A DNA stretch of 64,000 bases from an uncultured Lentisphaeria bacterium (GCA_949282305.1 CASDPB010000128.1:51885-115884); one strand, 5' to 3'. Counted from the first letter of the stretch, positions 18,803 through 27,556 are shown. The notes: generated from the letters alone by a model not told the origin. Numbers and translations are program-made.

Positions 18803-19405
18803 ATGAAACAGCCGGAAGTCAGTTGGAGCATTCGGGGAGGAGCGGTCGTGAAGGATCTGACGGTTTCCACTTTAAGACGCCGTGTTGCGGTTTCCGCCCT
18901 GAATATGCGCGGACTGCTGGACAAAGTGCGCGGGCTTCCTTTCGGGGCGCCGGTTTCGTATGATGATTTCCGGCGCGGCGGCGAACAGGTGAAAAGCGCA
19001 ATTCTCGGCGCAGTCGCGGCATATTATGATGCGGATGCCGTGCCGTCCTCTTCCACGGCTCTCATTGCGTGGGGACGCGGCGGCGCGTTTCCGGAAAACC
19101 GGCTCTACTGGAGCGACTACGCTGAAAACGGACGTGACGCCGGACGCGCTCATCTCTTTGTCGGGACTCTGCCGACGATTCCTCTGTGCGAGGCGGCGAT
19201 TGCGCTGAATCTGAACGGTCCGGGGTATTATCTGGACTGTCCGCCGGAGGATTTGCGGGAAGAGATCGGGGAGATATTGAGCGATCCGTCCCTTGACGGA
19301 CTTCTGCTTCTGATGCGTTCCGGCGTGAAAACGAGTGTGTTTTACCTTGTGCACGGCATGACTTCCCCTGCGGACGTGAAAACGCTGGAGGAGGCATTGG
19401 AATGA
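18803..19405 (+). CDS. Beta-ketoacyl synthase N-terminal-like protein lacking the active-site Cys
   Basis: LFVGTLPTIPLCEAAIALNLNGPGYYL resembles the KS segment preceding the catalytic Cys, but the ACxSG motif is absent. AAAGGAG lies upstream. The stop overlaps the next start (ATGA). Confidence 0.6.
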   Translation: MKQPEVSWSIRGGAVVKDLTVSTLRRRVAVSALNMRGLLDKVRGLPFGAPVSYDDFRRGGEQVKSAILGAVAAYYDADAVPSSSTALIAWGRGGAFPENRLYWSDYAENGRDAGRAHLFVGTLPTIPLCEAAIALNLNGPGYYLDCPPEDLREEIGEILSDPSLDGLLLLMRSGVKTSVFYLVHGMTSPADVKTLEEALE

Positions 19406-20724
19406 AAATCCTTCTTGCCGCCTCCAATACCTGTACGGATCCTTATCCCGTTTATCCGCTTGGCATGAGCGTGGTTGCGCAGGCGCTCGCCGCCGCCGGG
19501 CACGATGTGAAGCTGTTCGACGTCGCCATGAGCGGACTGGATGCCTTGCCGGAAATGATTCGTTCCTTTTCTCCGGAAGCCGTCGGCATTTCCATCCGCA
19601 ATCTGGATTCGGTCAACAGCCGCACGCCCGGACAGGATTTCCTGCGTATGCCCGTTGCGATGGCGGAGACCATCCGGAGGCAGACGGATGTGCCGCTGAT
19701 TCTGGGCGGTTCCGGCTTCTCCCTTCTGCCGGAGGAGATTCTGAAGCTGACCGGTGCGGATTACGGAGTGATCGGAGAGGGTGAGTCCGCAATGACGGAA
19801 CTGATCTCAGTTCTGGCGCGCGGCGGAAAACCGGAATCCCGTCTGATCCGCGGAAGCGGTGGAGTCCAGAGCGGCGCCCTGTATCAGAAGAATATCCGTG
19901 ACTATTACTGCCGGCAGACTCATATCCTGCCGCTCCAGACGAAGCGCGGATGCCCGTTTCACTGTGTTTACTGCACCTATCCGGCGCTGGAAGGACATTC
20001 CATGCGTCTGCGCGATCCCGTCGAAGTGGCGGAGCAGCTTGAGGCGCTCGCGGCGGAACTGCCTGAGGTGATGTTTTATTTCGTGGACGCGGTGTTCAAT
20101 GATCCCGCGCGGGAGTATCACAGGCTTCTGAAGGAGATGGAACGGCGTTCCCTGAGCGTGCCGTTTGCGGCGTTTCTCACTCCCGGCGGACTGAATGCGG
20201 AGGATCTGGATCTGCTCTGTTCCCGCGGCATGATTGCGGCGGAGCTGGGGATTGACGGCGCGACGGATGAAACTTTGGGCGGGCTCGGCAAGAATTTTGA
20301 TTTCGGCACTGCCGCGCGTGTGTGCCGTGAACTGCTCGCGCGGAAGGTCGGAGTCACCGCCAATGTCATGTTCGGCGGTCCGAATGAAACGTGGGAGACG
20401 GTCCGGCGCGGAATCGGGAACCTGCGTTCGATTGAACCCGTTCATACGCTGGTTTTTTCCGGTATCCGCATCCTGCCGCATACGCCGCTGTTCGCGCTTG
20501 CGAAAAAGGAAAATGCGGTGCCGCCTGACTGGAACGGGCGCGATGAGATTTACTATTATGCGCCCGGCATTGAGCCGGAGCGTCTGCACCGGGAACTCTG
20601 CGAGGGATTTGCTTCAAGTTCCTGCTGCATCTATCCGCCGCACGCCTGCAACGGCTCCCTGAAGGCACTGCACAGATTCGGCTATGCGAACTACCGGAAG
20701 CTGACGGGAGGAAATGCCGGATGA
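19402..20724 (+). CDS. B12-binding-domain radical SAM protein
   Basis: N-terminal Rossmann-like B12 domain (KILLAASN...YPLGMSVVAQAL...) and a CxxxCxxC motif (RGCPFHCVYCTYP). Confidence 0.9.
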   Translation: MKILLAASNTCTDPYPVYPLGMSVVAQALAAAGHDVKLFDVAMSGLDALPEMIRSFSPEAVGISIRNLDSVNSRTPGQDFLRMPVAMAETIRRQTDVPLILGGSGFSLLPEEILKLTGADYGVIGEGESAMTELISVLARGGKPESRLIRGSGGVQSGALYQKNIRDYYCRQTHILPLQTKRGCPFHCVYCTYPALEGHSMRLRDPVEVAEQLEALAAELPEVMFYFVDAVFNDPAREYHRLLKEMERRSLSVPFAAFLTPGGLNAEDLDLLCSRGMIAAELGIDGATDETLGGLGKNFDFGTAARVCRELLARKVGVTANVMFGGPNETWETVRRGIGNLRSIEPVHTLVFSGIRILPHTPLFALAKKENAVPPDWNGRDEIYYYAPGIEPERLHRELCEGFASSSCCIYPPHACNGSLKALHRFGYANYRKLTGGNAG

Positions 20725-21884
20725 AAAAGGTCTGGTGCGTGATTCCCGTCTATAATAATGCGGCGACTGTTCATGCGGTTGTGCGGCAGTGTCTGCGGGA
20801 ACTGCCGGATGTGCTTGTCGTGGACGACGGCAGCACGGATGCGGATCTGGCGGCGTTCTATGCGTCCTCCCATGTGACGGTGCTTCGCAATGAGGTGAAC
20901 CGCGGAAAAGGCGCTGCGCTCCGGCGTGCGGCGGAATATCTTGCTTCGCTCGGGGCGGACTATATGATAACGCTCGACGCCGACGGGCAGCATTTTCCCG
21001 AAGACATCCGCGCGTTCCTGCCGCTGATCGAGGCGAATGAACATGCCGTGATCGTGGGATGCCGGGATTTCAATACGGAAAACGTCCCGGAGTCTAGCCG
21101 CTTCGGACGTTCTTTCGCCAACTTCTGGATGAGGGTGGAAACGGGAATTCAGGTGGATGACTGCCAGAGCGGTTTCCGCGCGTATCCCGTGAAATACATC
21201 GTGCAGCTGAAGTGCATCTCCGACCGTTACGGGTATGAGACGGAGCTCCTGACCCGTTCCGCATGGGCGGGTCTGGATATTCTCAGCGTGCCTGTCCGCG
21301 TCTATTATCCGCCGCGCGGAAAGCGCATCTCGCATTTCCGTCCGTGGCTGGATAACTTCCGCCTGTCGTGTCTGCATACGCATCTGGTCGGTCTGCGTCT
21401 CCTGCCGTATCCGAAAAAGACGCTGGTGAAGAGGAAGATTCCGCTTTCGATCTTCCGTCCGAAGGAGTTGTTTACTGCCCTGCTGAAAGAGAACGCCACG
21501 CCGGAGGGGCTCGCCTCCTCTGCGGCGGTCGGGACCTTTCTTGCCGTGCTGCCGATTCCCGGTTTTCACATTGCGGCGATTGTCTATTTCACCCAGCGTT
21601 TTCATTTGAACAAGATTATGGCGCTTCTGATCCAGCATCTTTTCATGCCGCCGCTGTCGCCGTTCCTCTGCATTGAGCTCGGACACTATTTCATACATCG
21701 GCGCTGGCTGACGACGCTGACCTTCCGGACTGTGGTGATTGAGATGCCGCACCGGTTGTGGGAGTGGTTTCTCGGAAGTCTCCTGCTTGCACCCTTCTGG
21801 GCGGTGGTGATCTGGTTTGCCACATTTGCCGCGGTGAACTTCTTCAAGCGCCGGAAAGAGGTGAAGGAAGGAGGCGGGGCATGA
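20721..21884 (+). CDS. Family-2 glycosyltransferase fused to a DUF2062-like membrane domain
   Basis: VIPVYNNAATV, VVDDGSTD and LDADGQH are GT-A DxD features. The C-terminal ~140 aa are hydrophobic. ATGA overlaps occur at both ends. Confidence 0.85.
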   Translation: MKKVWCVIPVYNNAATVHAVVRQCLRELPDVLVVDDGSTDADLAAFYASSHVTVLRNEVNRGKGAALRRAAEYLASLGADYMITLDADGQHFPEDIRAFLPLIEANEHAVIVGCRDFNTENVPESSRFGRSFANFWMRVETGIQVDDCQSGFRAYPVKYIVQLKCISDRYGYETELLTRSAWAGLDILSVPVRVYYPPRGKRISHFRPWLDNFRLSCLHTHLVGLRLLPYPKKTLVKRKIPLSIFRPKELFTALLKENATPEGLASSAAVGTFLAVLPIPGFHIAAIVYFTQRFHLNKIMALLIQHLFMPPLSPFLCIELGHYFIHRRWLTTLTFRTVVIEMPHRLWEWFLGSLLLAPFWAVVIWFATFAAVNFFKRRKEVKEGGGA

Positions 21885-22774
21885 CCTCCTCCCGTAAAAA
21901 CCTGAGCGATTCGCGCGGGAATGCGCTCGGAATCGGAATCTTTCTTTTTTTCCTGCGCACACTGGGGATCAACCGTGCCTGTGAACTGGTCTGGCTGATT
22001 TCTCTTTTCTATGCTCTGTTCGACCGGACGGCGTGCCGTGCCGCATCCCACTACCTGAAACGGCGTTTCCCCCGCGCGGAGCGCATCGCGATGTTCCGCC
22101 ATACCTGGGCACTGTTTACGAATCAGGGGCAGGCGTTGATCGAAACCCGCGCGATGGGTGCGGGGAAACTGAAGTGGCGTTTTGAAAACGACGGTGTGGT
22201 CCGCGAGCTGATCTACGGGCAAAAGGGACTGATCCTGCTGGCGTCCCACTTCAGCTGCTGGCAGGCTTTGATCGGAGGGCTCGGAGAATTCCGCCGTCCG
22301 GTGAATTTTCTGGTGGCGCCGGACGCGAACCTGAATGTGGACAAGTTCGCCGCCGCCGGAAAACTGCACGTGCCGATCCGCGTGATTTCAACTCTTGAGC
22401 CAATGGGGGGGCTTGTGGAGGCGGCGGAGGCTCTGGAGCGCGGGGAGGCGGTCTGCATGATGGGGGACCGCTGTTTCGAGGGGGAGGGGGCGCATGTTGA
22501 GTTTCTCGGAGAGGAGGCGGTGTTTCCCTACGCCGCATTTTACCTTGCGGCGCGCTGTTCATGTCCGGTGCTTCCGCTGTTCGCGGTGCGGGAGAAGGCT
22601 CATACGTCGTTCACCGTCCGCTACGGAAATGCGATTTTCCCGCAACTGTCCGGACGCCGCCGCAGTGATTTGACTCCGTATGTTCAGGAATATGTGTCCG
22701 AACTGGAAAACATGGCGAATCAGCATCCGTACCGCTGTTTTCTCTTTGAAAATATCTGGAACTCCGGAAAATGA
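21881..22774 (+). CDS. Lysophospholipid/lipid A-type (LpxL/HtrB-like) acyltransferase
   Basis: N-terminal TM segment, then a LILLASHFSCWQAL block at the position of the LpxL HxxxxE/D motif, here apparently with Gln. The start at 21881 overlaps the upstream stop. Confidence 0.7.
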   Translation: MTSSRKNLSDSRGNALGIGIFLFFLRTLGINRACELVWLISLFYALFDRTACRAASHYLKRRFPRAERIAMFRHTWALFTNQGQALIETRAMGAGKLKWRFENDGVVRELIYGQKGLILLASHFSCWQALIGGLGEFRRPVNFLVAPDANLNVDKFAAAGKLHVPIRVISTLEPMGGLVEAAEALERGEAVCMMGDRCFEGEGAHVEFLGEEAVFPYAAFYLAARCSCPVLPLFAVREKAHTSFTVRYGNAIFPQLSGRRRSDLTPYVQEYVSELENMANQHPYRCFLFENIWNSGK

Positions 22775-22862
22775 GGCGGAAGAACTTTGCTTTTTGCCGG
22801 GGAGACGCTATATTCCCTTATTTCTGCTGCTTGAAACTTGCAACTTGGAACTTGAAACACAG

Positions 22863-24029
22863 ATGAATGAAGTATATATCAGCGGTGCGGGGTGTATTTC
22901 CGCGGCGGGCGACGGATGGGAGGAATCCGCTTCCGGACTCTATGCGGATGGCGGTGCTGTGCCGCTTCCTCCGTCGGAAAGAATCGGCTCCACGCTTGCG
23001 ACTCCTGTTTTTGAGCTGACGGAATTTGATCCGGGAAACGAGTCGAAAAGCATGGCGTTTCTGCATCATGCCCTGAAAGAAGCGCTGGATTCCGCCGGGC
23101 TTTCCGCCGGGGAGCTCCAGGGGAAAAATGTCTGCGTTTCAATAGGCACGACGGTTTCCTGCCAGCTTAACAATATTCCGTTCTACGCCAGGCTGCGTTC
23201 CGGGACGGTGGACTCCTGGGAGCCGCTTCGGAATTTTTTTGCATCGAATCCGTCGGAGAGCATCCGGCGCGAATACGGCCTGAGGGGTCCCGTCCTGACA
23301 GTTTCCAATGCGTGTGTGTCAGGGGCGGACGCGATTGCCCTGGCGTATCTGAACGTTGCGTCCGGAGTGTGCGATCTTGCGATTGCGGGCGGCGTCGATG
23401 AATTGAACCGTGTCCCCATTGCCGGATTCAACGCGCTCGGCGTCGCTTCGCCGGAGCCATGCCGTCCGTTTGATGAAAGACGCAGAGGTTTGAATCTGGG
23501 CGAGGGGGCGGGAATCGTGATTCTGGAAAGCGGTGCGTCGCTTGAAAAACGGAAGCACCGGGCAAAATTTGTGCTCGAAGGCATCGGCTGTGCCGGGGAC
23601 GCCTATCATATCACCGCGCCGCATCCCGACGGACGCGGGCTTGAGCGCGCCGTGATGACCGCCTTGCGGCTCACGGGGCTTTCCGCTTCGGATATTGCCT
23701 TTGTGAACGCCCACGGGACGGGAACGGAGAACAACGATCTCTGCGAATCCTCGCTTCTGGCGAGAGTGTTCGGGCGCGGTGTCCGCTATCTGTCCACGAA
23801 GGGACGCACCGGGCATACGCTTGCCGCCGCCGGCGCTCTGGAACTGATTTTCACTTTAATCATGCTGGAGCGCGGAGCGGTTCCGGCGAGTTGCGGATTT
23901 GAGGTGAAACCGGAAAACATTCCCGTGGCGCCGGTATCGGAACTGACGCCGTTCACGGGAACTCATGCGATGTCCACTTCGCTGGCATTCGGCGGATGCA
24001 ATACTGCGCTGATCGCGGGGAGGGTGTGA
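22863..24029 (+). CDS. Beta-ketoacyl-ACP synthase (KAS I/II-type, Cys-His-His)
   Basis: SNACVSGADAI (Cys), YHITAPHP (His) and NAHGTGT (His). The start MNEVYISGAG at 22863 is preferred over the long upstream extension. Confidence 0.9.
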   Translation: MNEVYISGAGCISAAGDGWEESASGLYADGGAVPLPPSERIGSTLATPVFELTEFDPGNESKSMAFLHHALKEALDSAGLSAGELQGKNVCVSIGTTVSCQLNNIPFYARLRSGTVDSWEPLRNFFASNPSESIRREYGLRGPVLTVSNACVSGADAIALAYLNVASGVCDLAIAGGVDELNRVPIAGFNALGVASPEPCRPFDERRRGLNLGEGAGIVILESGASLEKRKHRAKFVLEGIGCAGDAYHITAPHPDGRGLERAVMTALRLTGLSASDIAFVNAHGTGTENNDLCESSLLARVFGRGVRYLSTKGRTGHTLAAAGALELIFTLIMLERGAVPASCGFEVKPENIPVAPVSELTPFTGTHAMSTSLAFGGCNTALIAGRV

Positions 24030-24031
24030 GT

Positions 24032-24667
24032 ATGCGGATTCTCAAATGCGCGACCGTGACGGAGTTTTCCGACGCAACATTTCAGGCGGTGCGGAAACAA
24101 TATTCGCTCCGCCGTTCGGATCGTTACACCGCGCTGGTTCTGGCGGCTGCCGGAAAAGTGCTGGACGCCGTACCGGACGTTTCCGGAGATACGGGCGTGA
24201 TTGTAGCCAGCTCGTTCGGACCGCATCGCACGACCTGCGCGTTTCTTGACGACCTGCTGGATTACCGTGAGGAGGATGTGATGCCGACGACGTTCTCCCA
24301 TTCGGTTCACAATGCCGCCGCCTCCTATGCCGCGTCGGCTTTCGGTCTCCGCGGCCCTGAATTCACGCTGACAGGATTCGAGAATCTTTTCTACGAGGCT
24401 CTGCGGACCGCGGAGCTCTGTGGCATCCTGTGCGCCCGGATGCTGGTCGTGAGCGTGGAGGAAAACGCGCTGATGACGGAGGCGATCGCAAACCATGTGC
24501 GCCGGATTCCGCCGGAAGGCGCCGCCGCGTTCCTGGTCTCTCCGGGAGAGAGCGGGGACGAGCTGATTTTTCAGGAGGAAGCGCCGGAACTGACGCCTTT
24601 TGAACTGGCGGAACGGATCAGGAACAATCAGACACCGGTTTATTTCGGGAAAGGAAGAAGAATATGA
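24032..24667 (+). CDS. Beta-ketoacyl synthase N-terminal-like protein without catalytic Cys (chain-length-factor-like)
   Basis: VIVASSFGP...FSHSVHNAAASYAASAFGLRGPEFTLTGFENL follows the KS N-domain pattern, but the ACxS position reads GFEN. The gene starts 2 nt after the KS stop. Confidence 0.7.
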   Translation: MRILKCATVTEFSDATFQAVRKQYSLRRSDRYTALVLAAAGKVLDAVPDVSGDTGVIVASSFGPHRTTCAFLDDLLDYREEDVMPTTFSHSVHNAAASYAASAFGLRGPEFTLTGFENLFYEALRTAELCGILCARMLVVSVEENALMTEAIANHVRRIPPEGAAAFLVSPGESGDELIFQEEAPELTPFELAERIRNNQTPVYFGKGRRI

Positions 24668-24909
24668 CTGCTGACGAGGTGAAATGCGGGCTCCTGCGGG
24701 AGATTTCCGCGATTACGGGGAGAGAGGAGGCAACGCTTTCCGCGGAGTGTTCCCTTGCGGAGAACGGAATTGACTCCATGGGTTTTGTGGAACTCCTGCT
24801 TTCGGTGAAGCGTCTTTACGGCGTGAATCTTGTGGACGCGGGGCTCCGCAGCGCGGATGTGAAAAGCGTTGCCGCGCTTGCGGAAAAAATTTGTGAAACC
24901 GGAAAATGA
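24664..24909 (+). CDS. Acyl carrier protein
   Basis: 81 aa with GIDSMGFVELL (a DSx phosphopantetheine attachment motif). ATGA overlaps occur at both ends. Confidence 0.85.
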   Translation: MTADEVKCGLLREISAITGREEATLSAECSLAENGIDSMGFVELLLSVKRLYGVNLVDAGLRSADVKSVAALAEKICETGK

Positions 24910-26150
24910 AACACTATCTTGACGGCTTTGATTATGTCGCGGCAATGTTGAATTACGACTGCCGGAATACGCCGGGGCGCGGGAATCATTTTCTCGTCGT
25001 GCTGGAGCTGGAAACTGCGCCGGGAAAAACGGAACTGGCGGAACGGCTTGCCGTATTGGAACCCTTCCTGCCGTTCTTTTCCGGCAGGATGCGCCGCAGC
25101 CGTCTTCATGCCGCCCCATACTGGATGCCGGGAGAGCCGCGCGGAATCCGGATTGCCGGGGGAATGGAACTTGGTTCTTACCTGAATACGCCGCTTGACG
25201 GCGCTCTGGAGGTGATGCTTCTGGAACAGGAGCCGCGTCATTTTCTGGTATTCAAGTTCAGTCATCTGCTGTTCGACGGGCGGGGCGCGGAACTGTTGAT
25301 CGAAGCGGTGCGCAGCGGCGATGCTTCGATGCTCGCCGGAGAGATCGGGCTCTCTTCCCCGAAACTCAACGAGTGGGGACACCAGTTCCGCTGCGGGCGT
25401 CAGGTGCAGAGGAAGATGATCTCCTTTGCCGCCGCCGGCGAGATTGCCGGTACGCAGTCGGACGGAATCTCCGCGAACAGGTATGCGCTTCTTTCCTTTT
25501 CACGGGAAAAGACCGGCATGATTACCCTCTGCAGTGATGAGAAAGCCGGACCGTTCCAGCTGACGCCGTTTCTGCTTTCGCTGCTTTGCCGAAGTTACGC
25601 CCGGCTGCTGGATGATCTGCCGGTTCCGGGAAATATCCTGATTCCGATGTCCGTTGATCTGCGCGGGCGCGCCGGAATTGCGCGCAATGCCGTGTTCTTC
25701 AACCAATGGAGTCTCCAGCCCCTGCTGGTGCCGCGTGAATTATGCGGGAATCCGGAAGCGGTATTCGCGGAACTCAAAGGACAGATTTTCGAGAACATGT
25801 CCGAACAGCTTCCGCAGGCGTTCCGTGCCGCGTCGCGGCTCGGGCGCATTGCCCCGTTCCCGCTCCTGATATCGATTGTGAATAAAACGAGACGGACAGC
25901 CTGCGGCACATTCATGTACTCTTTTCTGCCGGAAAGTTCCCTGAGGTCGAATGATTTCTGCGGACACCGGATTCTGAATTTGTATCATATTCCAACCATG
26001 CCGCCCGTAACGGGGGCGGGGGTCTTCATGAACAGTTTCGGCGGTGCGCTGAACGTAACACTGTCTTATCGGGAAGACAGCCTGACATCGAATGCCGTCC
26101 GCAGCTTCATCTCTTCGTTTATATCGTCTTTGCCGAAGGAGACACCATGA
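24906..26150 (+). CDS. Stand-alone condensation-domain-like / WS-DGAT-PapA5-like acyltransferase (HxxxDG)
   Basis: FKFSHLLFDGRGAELL lies about 120 aa from the N-terminus, in a 414-aa protein of C-domain size. Confidence 0.55.
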   Translation: MKHYLDGFDYVAAMLNYDCRNTPGRGNHFLVVLELETAPGKTELAERLAVLEPFLPFFSGRMRRSRLHAAPYWMPGEPRGIRIAGGMELGSYLNTPLDGALEVMLLEQEPRHFLVFKFSHLLFDGRGAELLIEAVRSGDASMLAGEIGLSSPKLNEWGHQFRCGRQVQRKMISFAAAGEIAGTQSDGISANRYALLSFSREKTGMITLCSDEKAGPFQLTPFLLSLLCRSYARLLDDLPVPGNILIPMSVDLRGRAGIARNAVFFNQWSLQPLLVPRELCGNPEAVFAELKGQIFENMSEQLPQAFRAASRLGRIAPFPLLISIVNKTRRTACGTFMYSFLPESSLRSNDFCGHRILNLYHIPTMPPVTGAGVFMNSFGGALNVTLSYREDSLTSNAVRSFISSFISSLPKETP

Positions 26151-27556
26151 ATATCTATGAAACGATCCGCCGCGAAATCGGGGAATATGACGGAATTGCC
26201 GTGATTGACCGCGGACAGGAGTTTTCTTATCACGCTTTGTTTCATGATGCGGATTCTCTGAGCGCCCGGTTGCGGGAGTCCGGCGTTGCCGCTTTCGCTC
26301 GTGTCGGGCTGCTTGCCGATGATTCTTATGAGTATATTGCCGTGAGTCTTGCCGTGCTGTCGCTGAATGCGGCGCTTGTTCCGCTCTCCACCCGCGCCGC
26401 GGAATCGGAACGGGAAAGAATGCCCGGGGAACTGGAGCTGAATTTTCTTCTCGTTTCGGAACCTTGCCGGAAAGAAGGTGATCGGCCTCTTTTACTCGGG
26501 CTTTTTCTGCGTGTTCTGAAAAAAGAGATACGGAAAATTGAACTTCCGGAAGGACGTGTGCCGGCGTTCATCCGTTTTTCCTCGGGGACGACCGGCGGAA
26601 GCAAGGGGGTTGTGCTGTCCCATCGCGCCGTGATTGAACGTACCTCGGCATGTGTCGGGCTCGGCGTGACACGCGGCGAATATGTGTTCTGGGTGCTGGA
26701 TATGGCATTTCATTTTGTGGTGACGATTCTCCTGTTTCTGCGGAAAGGCGCCGTGATCGTGATCTGCGGGCAGCCGCTGATTGAAAAGATGCCCGAGGCG
26801 TTCCGGCGTTATCCTTTGAATCTGCTTTACGCCACGCCGTATCATTACAGGCTGATGACGCATTCGGATGATTTTACGCCGCCGATGCTGGCGCGGACAA
26901 GGCAGGCGTTTTCGACGGCGATGAAACTGGAGACTGCCGACGCGGAGGCTTTCCGCGCGAAATTCGGTCTGCCGCTGACACAGGCATACGGCATCATTGA
27001 GGTCGGACTGCCCTGCATCAACACCTCCGGCATACGGGAGAAAGCGGACTCCGCCGGGCGGATTCAGGACGCTTACCGGATCGAGATCCGGGAACCGGAT
27101 GACAGCGGAATCGGTTCCATTCTGATTCGCGGTCCCGGAATGTTTGACGCATATCTTGAGCCGTTCCGCCTGAGAACGGAGCTTTTCCCGGACGGCTGGT
27201 TCCCGACCGGAGATCTGGGGTATGTGGATGCGGACGGCTATCTGTTCATTGTCGGGCGCTCGAAAAATGTGATTAATTTCGCCGGCATGAAAATTTTCCC
27301 GTATGAGGTGGAGAGCGTGCTTCATGAGCATCCGTATGTCAGAGAGTCGCGCGTGAAGGGGATGCCGTATCCCGGATTCGGCGAGGTGCCGGTCGCGGAG
27401 ATCGTGCTCCGGGAAAACGCGGAACTTCCGAAAGACTGGCGCACGGAGCTCCGGCGCTGGTGTTTCCGCCGTCTTGCGGAATATAAAGTTCCGAAAGATT
27501 TCAGCATTGTGGAGTCCCTGCCGCATACCGCAAGCGGAAAACTGATCCGCAGGTAG
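26147..27556 (+). CDS. AMP-dependent synthetase/ligase (fatty acyl-AMP or acyl-ACP ligase-like)
   Basis: FSSGTTGGSKGV, YGIIE, PTGDLGYVDADGYLFIVGRSK, and the terminal SGKLIR lysine. Confidence 0.9.
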   Translation: MNIYETIRREIGEYDGIAVIDRGQEFSYHALFHDADSLSARLRESGVAAFARVGLLADDSYEYIAVSLAVLSLNAALVPLSTRAAESERERMPGELELNFLLVSEPCRKEGDRPLLLGLFLRVLKKEIRKIELPEGRVPAFIRFSSGTTGGSKGVVLSHRAVIERTSACVGLGVTRGEYVFWVLDMAFHFVVTILLFLRKGAVIVICGQPLIEKMPEAFRRYPLNLLYATPYHYRLMTHSDDFTPPMLARTRQAFSTAMKLETADAEAFRAKFGLPLTQAYGIIEVGLPCINTSGIREKADSAGRIQDAYRIEIREPDDSGIGSILIRGPGMFDAYLEPFRLRTELFPDGWFPTGDLGYVDADGYLFIVGRSKNVINFAGMKIFPYEVESVLHEHPYVRESRVKGMPYPGFGEVPVAEIVLRENAELPKDWRTELRRWCFRRLAEYKVPKDFSIVESLPHTASGKLIRR

